Below, in pieces: positions 45,546 through 55,150 of a stretch of 64,000 bases of DNA; the first letter of the stretch is position 1, and each line of letters starts with the position of its first letter. Below the pieces are notes generated by a model. The model saw only the letters and a list, made by a program, of their open reading frames with translations. It had not been told where the DNA came from and ran no database searches. The position numbers and the translations under genes are program-made. The DNA is from Candidatus Eiseniibacteriota bacterium (GTDB lineage: Bacteria; Joyebacterota; Joyebacteria; Joyebacterales; Joyebacteraceae), in contig JAUXGN010000007.1 in NCBI GenBank assembly GCA_030622115.1, positions 4,547-68,546 on the forward strand, given 5' to 3'.

Positions 45546-46980
45546 GCATCGTCCTGGGTTTCATGTCGGGAAAGATGTCTGCGAGCTCCTCCAGTACCTG
45601 ATTGCGGTTGCATGCGTGAGCCAGCTTTTCCAGGTGTGCAACTCGCTCCTTGAGGTTGGTGACCAGGCTGGCGGCCGGCGACTGAACCACCATAACCTTG
45701 TCATGGGAGGTCCGCGAGAGTGTTTCGTCGGAATACCACAGTTCTTCGTGCAGCTTCTCTCCCGGTCTCAAGCCACAGAACTCAATGGCGATGTCCTTGC
45801 CGGGCTCGAGTCCCGAGAGCCGGATCAGATGAGCGGCGAGATCGGCGATGCGAATAGGTTCGCCCATGTCGAGGACGAATATCTCTCCCCCATGCCCTGA
45901 GAGCCCGGCCTCGAGGACCAGCATCGCTGCTTCCCTGATGGTCATGAAGTACCTGGTGACGTCCGGGTGCGTGATGGTCACAGGTCCGCCGAGGCGGATC
46001 TGCTGGCGAAAGAGCGGCACGACGCTTCCGCGGCTGGCAAGGACGTTGCCGAATCGGACGGCCATAAGCTTCGTGTCGCATCCGCGTGCTGCACGCTCAA
46101 TGAGGATGGACTCCGCCAGGCGTTTCGAAGCCCCCATGGCGCCCCTCGGTTTCACTGCCTTGTCGGTCGAGAGCATCACGAGACGTTCGGATCCGTAACG
46201 CACTGCCGCGTCCAGCAGGATCTTGGTGCCGGTTACGTTGTTCTTTATGGCCTCGTCTGGATACGCTTGCATGAGATGCACATGCTTGTGAGCGGCCGCG
46301 TGGAAGACGATCTCTGGACGATGATCACGGAAGATGCTCTCCACCCCGCGCGCATCACTGATGCTTGTGATGATCGCATGCCTTTCCACGTCGGGGTAGT
46401 ACTGCCCTATCTCCTGGTCGATCGCGTAGACGCTGTTTTCGCCTCGTCCCATCAGAAGGATTTTCCCTGGGTCAAAGGCAGCCACCTGCCTTGCCAGTTC
46501 CGATCCGATCGATCCGCCGGCGCCCGTGATCAGAACGCGCTTGCCGCGAAGATCCCCAATCATCGCTTCTAGATTGAGGGAGACGGTCTCACGCCCCAGA
46601 AGATCCTCGGGTCTGACCTCCCGCAGCTGGCTAATTGTCACATCCCCCAGGATGATCTCCCATACGCCTGGAACTATCTTGAAGGAAGCCCCGGCCTCTT
46701 CGCAGAACCCGACTACCTCTCGGATCGTGTGGCCGGATGCGGAGGGCATGGCGATCACGATATCGCGGACATCGTGCGCCTTGACAATATCGACCAGATC
46801 GCTGATCGATCCGAGAATCGGCGTATCGGAGATCGTGCGGCCCAGCTTGCCGGGATCATCGTCCAAGAACCCAACTACTCGGTAGCCGTGCTCGGGTCGC
46901 GAATGCATCTCTTCGGCCACCATGCGGCCGGCCGCACCAGCTCCAACGATCAGAGTTCTCGATTCGTGTTCACGCCCCAT
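45520..46980 (-). CDS. nucleotide-sugar 4,6-dehydratase, PglF/CapD/WbpM family
   Basis: N-terminal Rossmann/CoA-binding-like domain (LIVGAGAAG), then an SDR dehydratase domain (TGAGGSIGSEL...YxxxK); 486 aa. Confidence 0.85.
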   Translation of the reverse strand: MGREHESRTLIVGAGAAGRMVAEEMHSRPEHGYRVVGFLDDDPGKLGRTISDTPILGSISDLVDIVKAHDVRDIVIAMPSASGHTIREVVGFCEEAGASFKIVPGVWEIILGDVTISQLREVRPEDLLGRETVSLNLEAMIGDLRGKRVLITGAGGSIGSELARQVAAFDPGKILLMGRGENSVYAIDQEIGQYYPDVERHAIITSISDARGVESIFRDHRPEIVFHAAAHKHVHLMQAYPDEAIKNNVTGTKILLDAAVRYGSERLVMLSTDKAVKPRGAMGASKRLAESILIERAARGCDTKLMAVRFGNVLASRGSVVPLFRQQIRLGGPVTITHPDVTRYFMTIREAAMLVLEAGLSGHGGEIFVLDMGEPIRIADLAAHLIRLSGLEPGKDIAIEFCGLRPGEKLHEELWYSDETLSRTSHDKVMVVQSPAASLVTNLKERVAHLEKLAHACNRNQVLEELADIFPDMKPRTMHDKADTGS

Positions 46981-47055
46981 GATCTCTCTGTCACCTTTCG
47001 TGGCAGTGCCTTCCGAATCTCCCGGTAGTCGACCGGAATCTCGGACGCGCGGTGT

Positions 47056-48408
47056 CTACCGTATGATGGCTACCTTCAGGAACTCGACGCTGCCGTTCGG
47101 AAGCGCAACTCTGAGAATGTAGACACCACTCGGCACTTCATTGAAAGCGCTGTCTAAGGAATCCCAGATGTATGGTTCATTGGGCTCAAGTTTCGCCATG
47201 CTCTGCCCGCTCAGGTCCAGGATCTCCACGTGCGACCCCTCGGGTGCACCGTAGATCTGCACCATCTGAGCGGATTGACCTTCCCGCCAGGGATTTGGGT
47301 AGACGAAGAGGTGGCCTGACTCTGCGGTGATTCCCGACCTCAGGAGATTGAGGCTGGTATCATCGATGAGTTCATTAACCGAGACCGCCCAGACGTTGCC
47401 GGTGGTCCTGTCGGCAACCACGTGGTCTATTCGCTCGTCGACGAGGCCGTCTGACTCATCGTACGTAAAAGCGACTCCGAGATTGCCGTAGAGCATGGCC
47501 ATCCCCTCGTCGGTTCCGACCCACATGTGCCCCTGCGCATCTTCTGAGACCGCTCGCACCTGGGTCCCGGGAAGGCCCTCCACCGTCGCCCAGCTTCCGG
47601 ATGAAGGATTGAAAACACCAAGGCCACCGAGTGTTCCCACCCAGATGCGGCCGTCACTCCCGACGGCAAGTGTATGGATCTGCGCGTCCGGGAGCCCGTT
47701 CTCATCGCTGTAGTGAATCCACGTATCGTCGGCGAACACCAGGGGGTCGCCGTAGTCCCACACATCGATGCCCGCCGCATTGTAGCCGATCCAGAGACGG
47801 CCATCCTGGTCGACAACCAGGGCGCGGACGTCATCGTCCGAGAAATGAGTCGAATCAGGAGTCCAGGCATTGTCGTAGTGCACCCACTCGACCGAATCGC
47901 CATGGTCCACGAAGAGCTCCAGGGTGCCGATTCCGGAGTGGTTCTCGTCCCGCATGCCGAACCAGATGCGTCCGCTCAGATCCTCGGCAGCGGAGAATAC
48001 CCTTTTATTGGCCAAGTCGGCTGGATAGCTGTAGTACGACCATGAATCGTCGGTTTTGTCTGCGAACGTCCCATTGTCATCGACGCAGTCTATGGTCTCC
48101 TCGCCGTCCCTTGTGACCCACTTGCGGCCCTCACTATCTACATAGACCCGGTAATTCCAGCTGTCCTTCCGGATCCCACCGTCTGCGACCTTGTGGGTGA
48201 CCCAGCTGTTCCCATCATACCCTGCCAGACCTTCACCGTGAGTGGAAAGCCAGATCGTACCCCCCTCGATGCACATATCGAAGATCTTGACGTCGTTCGG
48301 AGTGTCAACGGTCTCCCAATCCCCGGCCAGGGCAGCACTGGTTGCCCCGGAGAGCGTCGCTGCCAGTATGGCGAGCGCCAGCAGAACACTGCGCATATGT
48401 TCAAACAC
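47056..48408 (-). CDS. secreted beta-propeller-repeat protein with C-terminal T9SS-type sorting domain
   Basis: Signal peptide MFEHMRSVLLALAILAATLSGATSAALAG. Repeated W..T..GL propeller-like units (two-component-regulator-propeller-like). C-terminus YPNPW...GVYILRV resembles the Por/FlgD-like CTD. Confidence 0.55.
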   Translation of the reverse strand: MFEHMRSVLLALAILAATLSGATSAALAGDWETVDTPNDVKIFDMCIEGGTIWLSTHGEGLAGYDGNSWVTHKVADGGIRKDSWNYRVYVDSEGRKWVTRDGEETIDCVDDNGTFADKTDDSWSYYSYPADLANKRVFSAAEDLSGRIWFGMRDENHSGIGTLELFVDHGDSVEWVHYDNAWTPDSTHFSDDDVRALVVDQDGRLWIGYNAAGIDVWDYGDPLVFADDTWIHYSDENGLPDAQIHTLAVGSDGRIWVGTLGGLGVFNPSSGSWATVEGLPGTQVRAVSEDAQGHMWVGTDEGMAMLYGNLGVAFTYDESDGLVDERIDHVVADRTTGNVWAVSVNELIDDTSLNLLRSGITAESGHLFVYPNPWREGQSAQMVQIYGAPEGSHVEILDLSGQSMAKLEPNEPYIWDSLDSAFNEVPSGVYILRVALPNGSVEFLKVAIIR

Positions 48409-48450
48409 CTCCGTCAGTGGTGTGTTACCTCGACAAACGTCATGAAACTT

Positions 48451-50646
48451 CTAGCGACTCGCGCGTCCCCCGGCAGAACGAAGAAGCCAGCGAATTATGA
48501 TCCGAAGATCGCTGCCAAGTGACCAGTTCTGAACGTAGTAAGCATCCAGAGCCGTGGCAGCATCATCGCTGGGACCCACTTGAGCTCCCGCGACCTGGGA
48601 GAGCCCAACAACCCCCGGTCGAGCGTCAAACCGGACACGAGACCTGGCATCGCATCTTGCGGCGATGGCCGGAATGAGAGGCTCCGGTCCCACGAGACTC
48701 ATCTCACCCCTGAGCACATTGATGAGCGCCGGGAATCGGTCCAGACCGTGCCGTACCGTGAAGCGTCGAATCGGCGGCGCGGGATTCTCGGGATGAAACA
48801 CAAACATCCGGTATCCCACCTGATCCCGTCCAACACGCGCGCTCCCTGTGAGCGGTCCACGGCCGCGCCTTGCCTTCGAGAGGAGAGCGGATATGCTCAG
48901 CACGGGAGACCACGCTGCCAAGAGAACAAGGGCCCCCGCTATGTCCAGAGCACGCTTGATCCCTGCCTTCGCACCCAGGAGGGCCTCACGCTCGAAAGTC
49001 ACGACCGGCGTGTCGAGAAACTCTTCAACGCGCGCTCGCTGCGTCATGATCCCCGTCAACCCCGAGACCATCCTGACATCCACGGTACTCCGCCTCGCCC
49101 GCAACAGAAAGTCCGAAATCTCCGAGTTTGGCAGCTCCGGATCAGCGAAGATGATCTCCTCGAGCCTCTGTGTCTCAACAAGCTCGATGAGGTTGTCAAG
49201 CGTCCCTATGACGGGAACCGCCGACGGCTCATGTTCACCCAACCCAGGATCCACCAGTCCAGCGAGATCGTAACCAAGATCAGGCCGGGATGCGATGCCT
49301 TCCGCAAGGCGAACTGCCGTCCTCCCTGTTCCAACAATTGCGACACGCGCCAGATCGAAACTCCCTGCCCTTATTTGGCTGTGGAGTTGTCCGAGCCCCG
49401 CCCGCTGAATCGAAACCAGGAACGCTACTAGTACACTGAAGGTCCCGACGAGCACTCGTGAGTAGACAGTAGTGGAAGCAAGGAACGTACTGGCCATCAG
49501 AATGATCGCGGCCACAGCTGAAGCCCGGATCACGCGCAGGAACGTGTCCGTCCAGGGCTCGCGCTCCTGTCTGGCGTCGTAGAGGCCGAAGAAGGCAAAC
49601 GTGATCAGAAACATGATGTTCGAGAAGATCAGGAAGGCCCAGTAGACCTCTACGCCGAAAAGGGGCTTGGTCAAGAAGCCGCGCAGGCTTGAGCGAAGCA
49701 GATACGCGAGTGTGAAGCCGGCATTGACGGCCACCAGATCGGAGATCAGAAGCAGTGACGACAGTAGGATCCGCCGGTGCCTTTTCAGAGCGTAGATGAG
49801 TCCTCCCCACTTCTCATAGAAGTGTGCGAGCGAAAGCAAATGAGCCACTAGTTGCCGGTTGACACCTGGTCTGGCGCTCTCTCGTGCATGACGGTGCATC
49901 ATGACCGACGCTGGAACGTAGTAAACCTTCCAGCCGCCACGCCACATTCTGTAGCACCAATCTACATCCTCGAAGTAGAGGAAGAATCGCTCATCCATCG
50001 GACCTACGTCGGCCAAGGCGTCGCGCCTCACCAACATGCAGGCGCCGAGTATCCAGTCCACCTCGCGCGGCGTCTCGTGGTCGTAGTCGAGCATCAAGTG
50101 CCGATGGATCGTCCGGCTTCGCTTGAACACGGCTCCGAGGAATGTCCTCCTTAGAACGAGAGTCCAGAAGGTGTAGAAAGCGCGGCACGAGTGCTGAAGG
50201 CTCCCATCCGTGTTGAGGAGCTTCGCCCCCGCTATTCCTACGTCACCGTGACCGTCCATGAAATCCACCAGAACATCGAGCGACCTGCTCCCGATCTGGA
50301 TGTCCGGATTCAGCACGAGGACGTAGCGTCCCCTTGCTTCTCTGATGCCTCTGTTGACGGCCCTCGAAAGGCCGACATTGCTCAAGTTCTCAAAGAGCCT
50401 GACCCATGGAAACTCGCGACTGACCAGCTCACCGGTATCATCCGACGACGCATTGTCAACGACAATGGTCTCACTGGCGGCAACATCCTCCGATGCTTCT
50501 ATGGCCTTCAGGCAACGGCCAAGATCATCACGGCTGTTGTACCCGACGATCACGATCGACAGGTCGAGAGATTCTCCGCGGGCGTTCACACTCTCCTCAA
50601 TATCCGATCGAGTCGCAGGCGCCATACGAGCCACATCGCTTCCCAT
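48451..50646 (-). CDS. fusion protein: N-terminal GT2 glycosyltransferase plus C-terminal WbaP-like polyprenyl-phosphate phosphoglycosyltransferase domain
   Basis: Residues ~28-290 form a GT2 domain (LSIVIVGYNS...VVDNASSDDT). Then TM helices, a Rossmann-like segment (VAIVGTGRTA) and bacterial sugar-transferase motifs (INVLRGEMSLVGPEP, GVVGLSQV, YYVQNWSLGSDL). The start overlaps the stop of the next gene by 40 nt or more. Confidence 0.7.
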   Translation of the reverse strand: MGSDVARMAPATRSDIEESVNARGESLDLSIVIVGYNSRDDLGRCLKAIEASEDVAASETIVVDNASSDDTGELVSREFPWVRLFENLSNVGLSRAVNRGIREARGRYVLVLNPDIQIGSRSLDVLVDFMDGHGDVGIAGAKLLNTDGSLQHSCRAFYTFWTLVLRRTFLGAVFKRSRTIHRHLMLDYDHETPREVDWILGACMLVRRDALADVGPMDERFFLYFEDVDWCYRMWRGGWKVYYVPASVMMHRHARESARPGVNRQLVAHLLSLAHFYEKWGGLIYALKRHRRILLSSLLLISDLVAVNAGFTLAYLLRSSLRGFLTKPLFGVEVYWAFLIFSNIMFLITFAFFGLYDARQEREPWTDTFLRVIRASAVAAIILMASTFLASTTVYSRVLVGTFSVLVAFLVSIQRAGLGQLHSQIRAGSFDLARVAIVGTGRTAVRLAEGIASRPDLGYDLAGLVDPGLGEHEPSAVPVIGTLDNLIELVETQRLEEIIFADPELPNSEISDFLLRARRSTVDVRMVSGLTGIMTQRARVEEFLDTPVVTFEREALLGAKAGIKRALDIAGALVLLAAWSPVLSISALLSKARRGRGPLTGSARVGRDQVGYRMFVFHPENPAPPIRRFTVRHGLDRFPALINVLRGEMSLVGPEPLIPAIAARCDARSRVRFDARPGVVGLSQVAGAQVGPSDDAATALDAYYVQNWSLGSDLRIIIRWLLRSAGGRASR

Positions 50647-51299
50647 ACGATCCGCCTGGACATCTTGGATGTCCCTGAATGTCGATCCACGAAAACGATC
50701 GGGATCTCATGGATGGAGAAGCCCTTCCTCCAACACCGGAAGTTGACTTCGATCTGGAACGAGTAGCCGTCCGACCTGATGGCATCGAGATCGATCGTCT
50801 CGAGCACCTTCCTTCTGAAGCACTTGAAACCGCCCGTAGAATCTCGCACCGGAAGGCCGGTAATGATGTGCGTGTATACATTTGCGAAGTAGCTCAGGAA
50901 GAGACGTCTGAGAGGCCAGTTCACCACATTGGCGCCCGTGATATAGCGGGATCCGAGAACTAGATCGTAGCTCTCGGCCTCTCGCACAAGGTCCGCTATC
51001 ACGGTTGGATCGTGAGAGAAATCAGCGTCCATCTGGATGATGAGGTCTGCATCAGTACCGAGAGCGTAGTGGAAGCCCCGGACGTAGGCGGAGCCAAGCC
51101 CCATCTTCTTCGGGCGGTGTATGACGTGCACACGCTCGTCTCCGGCCGCCAGCCCATCAGCCAGCTCGCCGGTTCCGTCGGGCGATCCGTCATCCACGAC
51201 GAGTAGGCGAACGTCCGGCAATTGAGACAGTACCAGCGGCGCCAGCTTAGTCAGGTTCTCCCGCTCGTTGTACGTCGGAACAATGACCATCACCGTCAT
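50586..51299 (-). CDS. polyprenol-monophosphate hexose synthase (dolichol-P-mannose synthase-like GT2)
   Basis: MTVMVIVPTYNEREN...VVDDGSPDGT...DADFSHDP matches the DPM1/Ppm1 family; soluble GT-A of ~238 aa. ATGA overlap with the upstream YfhO-like gene. Confidence 0.8.
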   Translation of the reverse strand: MTVMVIVPTYNERENLTKLAPLVLSQLPDVRLLVVDDGSPDGTGELADGLAAGDERVHVIHRPKKMGLGSAYVRGFHYALGTDADLIIQMDADFSHDPTVIADLVREAESYDLVLGSRYITGANVVNWPLRRLFLSYFANVYTHIITGLPVRDSTGGFKCFRRKVLETIDLDAIRSDGYSFQIEVNFRCWRKGFSIHEIPIVFVDRHSGTSKMSRRIVWEAMWLVWRLRLDRILRRV

Positions 51300-53809
51300 T
51301 TGGTTTCTCTCCGCTTCCCATCCCTCACGGGGAGTGCCCACAGGAGCGCGATGACGAGCGCCGACAGCACCGTAACGACGAGCCCCGCCCGGAGCCCCTC
51401 GGGTGTGTAGGCCATTACTACCGTGTGCTTCCCCGGTTCCAGATAGACCGAGCGGAAGGCGTAGTTCGTCCGGTAGATAGAGGTCTCTTCATCGTTGACG
51501 AACGCCTTCCATCCTCGTGGGTAGTATAGCTCAGAAAAGACGAGAAGACAAGGTCGCGTGATCTCTGCCGTTACGACGATTCTCTCGGCCGAGTACGAAA
51601 CGAGTTCGGCCTTGCTGTCCCCCACATCCTCCACAGGCCCCGGCAGTTCTCGGTCGACGATGGCGTACGCAGCAGGGTTGAACCCGTCGGTACCGAGCTC
51701 GCCCAGGGCGAGATTTTCGGACTGGACGACCTTGGCGCTGCCCATGAGGAACACGCGCTCCATTGCCGCGAGGTTCTCATGAACGCCGGGCGCGACCATC
51801 AGGAACGCCGCGTGTCCGATATCCTCCTCGGGTCCGACCAGATAACGCACGTTCGTAAGAGCGAAGAACTTCAGCGTGGCGACCCCGAGTCCGTCCATGA
51901 GACGGTCATAGATCTGGAGCTTCGCAGGATGATACCCACCGATCGATTCGATCCCGTGGTACATCCACTCATTGGATGAGAAGCTCTGCCCGAGGGGCGC
52001 CACCCGGAACACTCCGGGTTGCTGCTTCAGATAGGTTATTGCGGGGGTCTCCCTGAAGTAGGTTGACAGCGGTCTCATCGGCTCCGGGTGGACGAAGCGA
52101 GCGTTCACCGTCGAGAGATCCCAGACGATGAGCCCCAACAACAAGAGCGCCACGATCCAGCGGGCGAGTTTCCTGGTGGACGCCACGAAGATCACAACAC
52201 CTGTCGCGGCAGCGAAGGCCAGCAGGATGCCTGCGTCTCTCGTGGCCAGGGTGGCGGCGCGAACTCCCACCTGCCTGAGCGCAGATGCTGCAACACCGGT
52301 GTGTTTCGCCATCAGGGACGCTGAGGCAGCCTGCTCAATGGACGAGTGAAACAACATCACCATCACACCCACTCCCATTCCCACTGCTGCCGTTCCGATC
52401 GCCCACCGCAGCCATCCGCCTTCTCCCGTTCCGGACTCTCTCTTTCTGGAGAGGATTTCGGACCTGTTCCTCTCGCCCAAGAGAACACCGGCGCCGTGTC
52501 CGGCCAGCGCGGCAAGCGAGAACTGAGAGAGGAGAAGGAAGAGCGCCGGAACACGGAAGCGACTGAATCCGGGCAGTACATCGTACATGATGCGATAGAC
52601 GGGCCCGATGTGGCGGCCAAATGACAGGAAGATGCCTGCCGCCGCCAGGATCAGAAGGAAGCGGACGTCACGATCCCGCTTTCGGAAGACCGCAATCGCG
52701 GCCAGGGCGAGAACGACGTACCCAACGTAGTGTGAGACCTGCTGAAACGGCATGGTTCCCCAGTAGGTCTCGTTGGACAGCCCAAGAATGGACGGAACAA
52801 GGAACGTCCCGAGTTCCGCTGGGTGGAAGGACCACATGGTGGCTTGTGCGAATCCCATCCCACCGTTCTCTGCCACTCGCGTAGAGAGGTCTGAGTAGTT
52901 TATCAGCGGCAGGAGGAGAACGGCAGCCAGAGTCGCAGCCAGGACTCCGGCCGAGAGGAGTTGCCCCGCTCTCAGGAACAGCACACCGGGGCGCGTTCCA
53001 TCTCGCCGTGCGCTGATGAGATAGAAAACGAGAACGAGCCCCACGGCGAGCCACGTATAGTAGCTGACCTGGACGTGTCGCGCCAGGAACTGCAATCCAC
53101 CCACTGTCGCGAGGATGCCTATCCAGCGACGCTGTCCCGTCTCGAGCAGCCTGAAGGCAGCAAGCAGGACCAGAGGAATGTAGGCTGCGCTCAGGACCTT
53201 GCCGCCATGTCCTATCGCGGCAAGCCCCACAAGATGAGGTGAGAGCATGAACGCCACGCCTGCGATGGTGGCCCCGGCGTGGCCCACCTTTCTCGAGCGA
53301 AGGAAGAAGAAAGTTCCTACTCCCGCCAGGATGTAGTGGAGAACCAGGAAGAAAAGCCTCGGGAGGGCGACGCCGGGAACGCTCTCAAGGAGTCTGCGGA
53401 TCCAGTAGTTCGGGTACACGATCCCGTTCCATGTCATGCTTTCGAGAAACGGCATCCCCGAGAAGATGTATGGATTCCAGAGCGGCAGATGCCCGTTCGC
53501 GATCTGTTTGGTGGCGTAGTCTTCGAATATGGCGGCTCCCGCCAGCACGTCACCGCCGGTCAGGATCTCACCGCCGAATATGACTCGACGGAAGTAGAAC
53601 AGGCCTACGCCGACGATGATGGCAAGCGAGATGAGCGTCGCTCTATTGCCGAAGACGGACCAACCACTCAGCGCCTCCGGACTGCGCCCCGAGCGCTCGG
53701 TCTTCGTCTCCCGGCGTCCTTCCGGGGCTTTCTGGCCCGTGCCGGGTCTCCTCCGGCGTCCACCGGCCGGCTGTTTCTTCCGTTCGTGAGGCATTCGCGT
53801 CTCTCCCAT
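51296..53809 (-). CDS. YfhO-family large polytopic membrane protein (putative lipid-linked-sugar-dependent glycosyltransferase)
   Basis: 837 aa with more than 12 TM helices and a large C-terminal extracytoplasmic domain. N-terminal region WNPYIFSGMPF resembles YfhO. Confidence 0.6.
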   Translation of the reverse strand: MGETRMPHERKKQPAGGRRRRPGTGQKAPEGRRETKTERSGRSPEALSGWSVFGNRATLISLAIIVGVGLFYFRRVIFGGEILTGGDVLAGAAIFEDYATKQIANGHLPLWNPYIFSGMPFLESMTWNGIVYPNYWIRRLLESVPGVALPRLFFLVLHYILAGVGTFFFLRSRKVGHAGATIAGVAFMLSPHLVGLAAIGHGGKVLSAAYIPLVLLAAFRLLETGQRRWIGILATVGGLQFLARHVQVSYYTWLAVGLVLVFYLISARRDGTRPGVLFLRAGQLLSAGVLAATLAAVLLLPLINYSDLSTRVAENGGMGFAQATMWSFHPAELGTFLVPSILGLSNETYWGTMPFQQVSHYVGYVVLALAAIAVFRKRDRDVRFLLILAAAGIFLSFGRHIGPVYRIMYDVLPGFSRFRVPALFLLLSQFSLAALAGHGAGVLLGERNRSEILSRKRESGTGEGGWLRWAIGTAAVGMGVGVMVMLFHSSIEQAASASLMAKHTGVAASALRQVGVRAATLATRDAGILLAFAAATGVVIFVASTRKLARWIVALLLLGLIVWDLSTVNARFVHPEPMRPLSTYFRETPAITYLKQQPGVFRVAPLGQSFSSNEWMYHGIESIGGYHPAKLQIYDRLMDGLGVATLKFFALTNVRYLVGPEEDIGHAAFLMVAPGVHENLAAMERVFLMGSAKVVQSENLALGELGTDGFNPAAYAIVDRELPGPVEDVGDSKAELVSYSAERIVVTAEITRPCLLVFSELYYPRGWKAFVNDEETSIYRTNYAFRSVYLEPGKHTVVMAYTPEGLRAGLVVTVLSALVIALLWALPVRDGKRRETK

Positions 53810-53842
53810 GTAGTGGTCCGGCTATTCGGACGGCTTGGAATC

Positions 53843-55120
53843 TCAGAGCCTGCCGGCAACGTTGCCCTCCGGCCTTTCACCGAGATGAGAGCGGTATCTT
53901 GCCAGCACCAGCAATCCACCGGCCAGACGTATCCCCCCGGCGATGGCTGTCGCCACCGCCGCTCCCATCAGTCCCCATCTCAGAATGAGAACGATATCAA
54001 GCGCAACATTCACGGTCAGCGTCCCGAAGTTCAGCCACATGAACTGCTTCATGGCAACTCGGGGCAGGCGGCCTCCAATGAGGCTGCTTGGAATAGAGTA
54101 GAACAGCTTGAACACGCCGGACAAGATGAAAGGCAGTATCAGATAGGAGCCCGAGTCATACCGGCCCTTGTACAAGAAATGTACCGCATCGTCGCCAAAG
54201 AAGTAGTAGGCCGAAGAGACGACCAGAGCGAGAAGGGCGATCGCCCCGAAATAGCGGCCGAGACGGACTCGCGCCATCGAACCGGCGTTTGGCATGAGCA
54301 CGTATCCGATGGAGTAGAAGAGAAAGTCGAATCCCTTCATCGTGGCGAAGATGGTGGCGTAGACCGCTAGATCTGCGTAGCTCATCATCTTGCCGATAAT
54401 GAGCTTGTCGAGTCCAATCATCACGGAGAACGAAAGCCCCGTTCCGAGGAAGAGTAGCCCCTCCCTCAGCACGGATGATGGAACCGGCAGAAGACCTTCG
54501 GAACTTGCGGCGCCTCGCTTCGAGGCACGATGGGCGCCATTGAGCAGCAGCCAGCCCGCCGAGCCCCCGAACGCCAGGATCAGCGCCCATTGAACGGATC
54601 TGAGTTCCATACGCCCAGCCAGAAAGAGAAGTGAGAAGAGCACTGCCATGAGGAAGACAGGCATCTGCCTGCAGAGCATGGCTTGCTCGTAGCGGTGCCG
54701 GGCTCGCTCCACGCCGCTCACGAGGAGGACGGCATTCTGGGAGGCCACAAGAACAAGAAGTGTCAATATCGAGAGAACGGTCAATGCGTAGTACAGGCCG
54801 GCGATGACGCCCGCGGCGATGCCGAGCGGCACGACCATGATGAGTACCCGCCTCAGGTGCGCCGGGATGTCGTAGGTGTCGCCGGACGAGCGGGAGATGA
54901 ACCGCACGGTCGCGGGTTCCTGGCCCAGGAGAGAGATAGTCGACAGGAGTGGGAGAGCCCCCAGAAGGAGTGAGATGATGCCTACGGACTCCTTCGGAAG
55001 CCCCCTTGCCAGAAGCACCTGGCTCAGAACCTGGAGTAGAGCAGCCGCGAGGACGATTCCAAAAACGGAGCCTATCCTGATGTGAGTTCCGTTGCTCCGT
55101 AGTCCAGTTGATGCGCGCAA
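53843..55120 (-). CDS. polysaccharide biosynthesis flippase (MOP/Wzx-like)
   Basis: 425 aa, ~12 TM helices, with a typical MOP-superfamily profile. Confidence 0.7.
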   Translation of the reverse strand: MRASTGLRSNGTHIRIGSVFGIVLAAALLQVLSQVLLARGLPKESVGIISLLLGALPLLSTISLLGQEPATVRFISRSSGDTYDIPAHLRRVLIMVVPLGIAAGVIAGLYYALTVLSILTLLVLVASQNAVLLVSGVERARHRYEQAMLCRQMPVFLMAVLFSLLFLAGRMELRSVQWALILAFGGSAGWLLLNGAHRASKRGAASSEGLLPVPSSVLREGLLFLGTGLSFSVMIGLDKLIIGKMMSYADLAVYATIFATMKGFDFLFYSIGYVLMPNAGSMARVRLGRYFGAIALLALVVSSAYYFFGDDAVHFLYKGRYDSGSYLILPFILSGVFKLFYSIPSSLIGGRLPRVAMKQFMWLNFGTLTVNVALDIVLILRWGLMGAAVATAIAGGIRLAGGLLVLARYRSHLGERPEGNVAGRL

Positions 55121-55150
55121 GGGTCCTCCGGGACTTGGATGCCGGCACTT

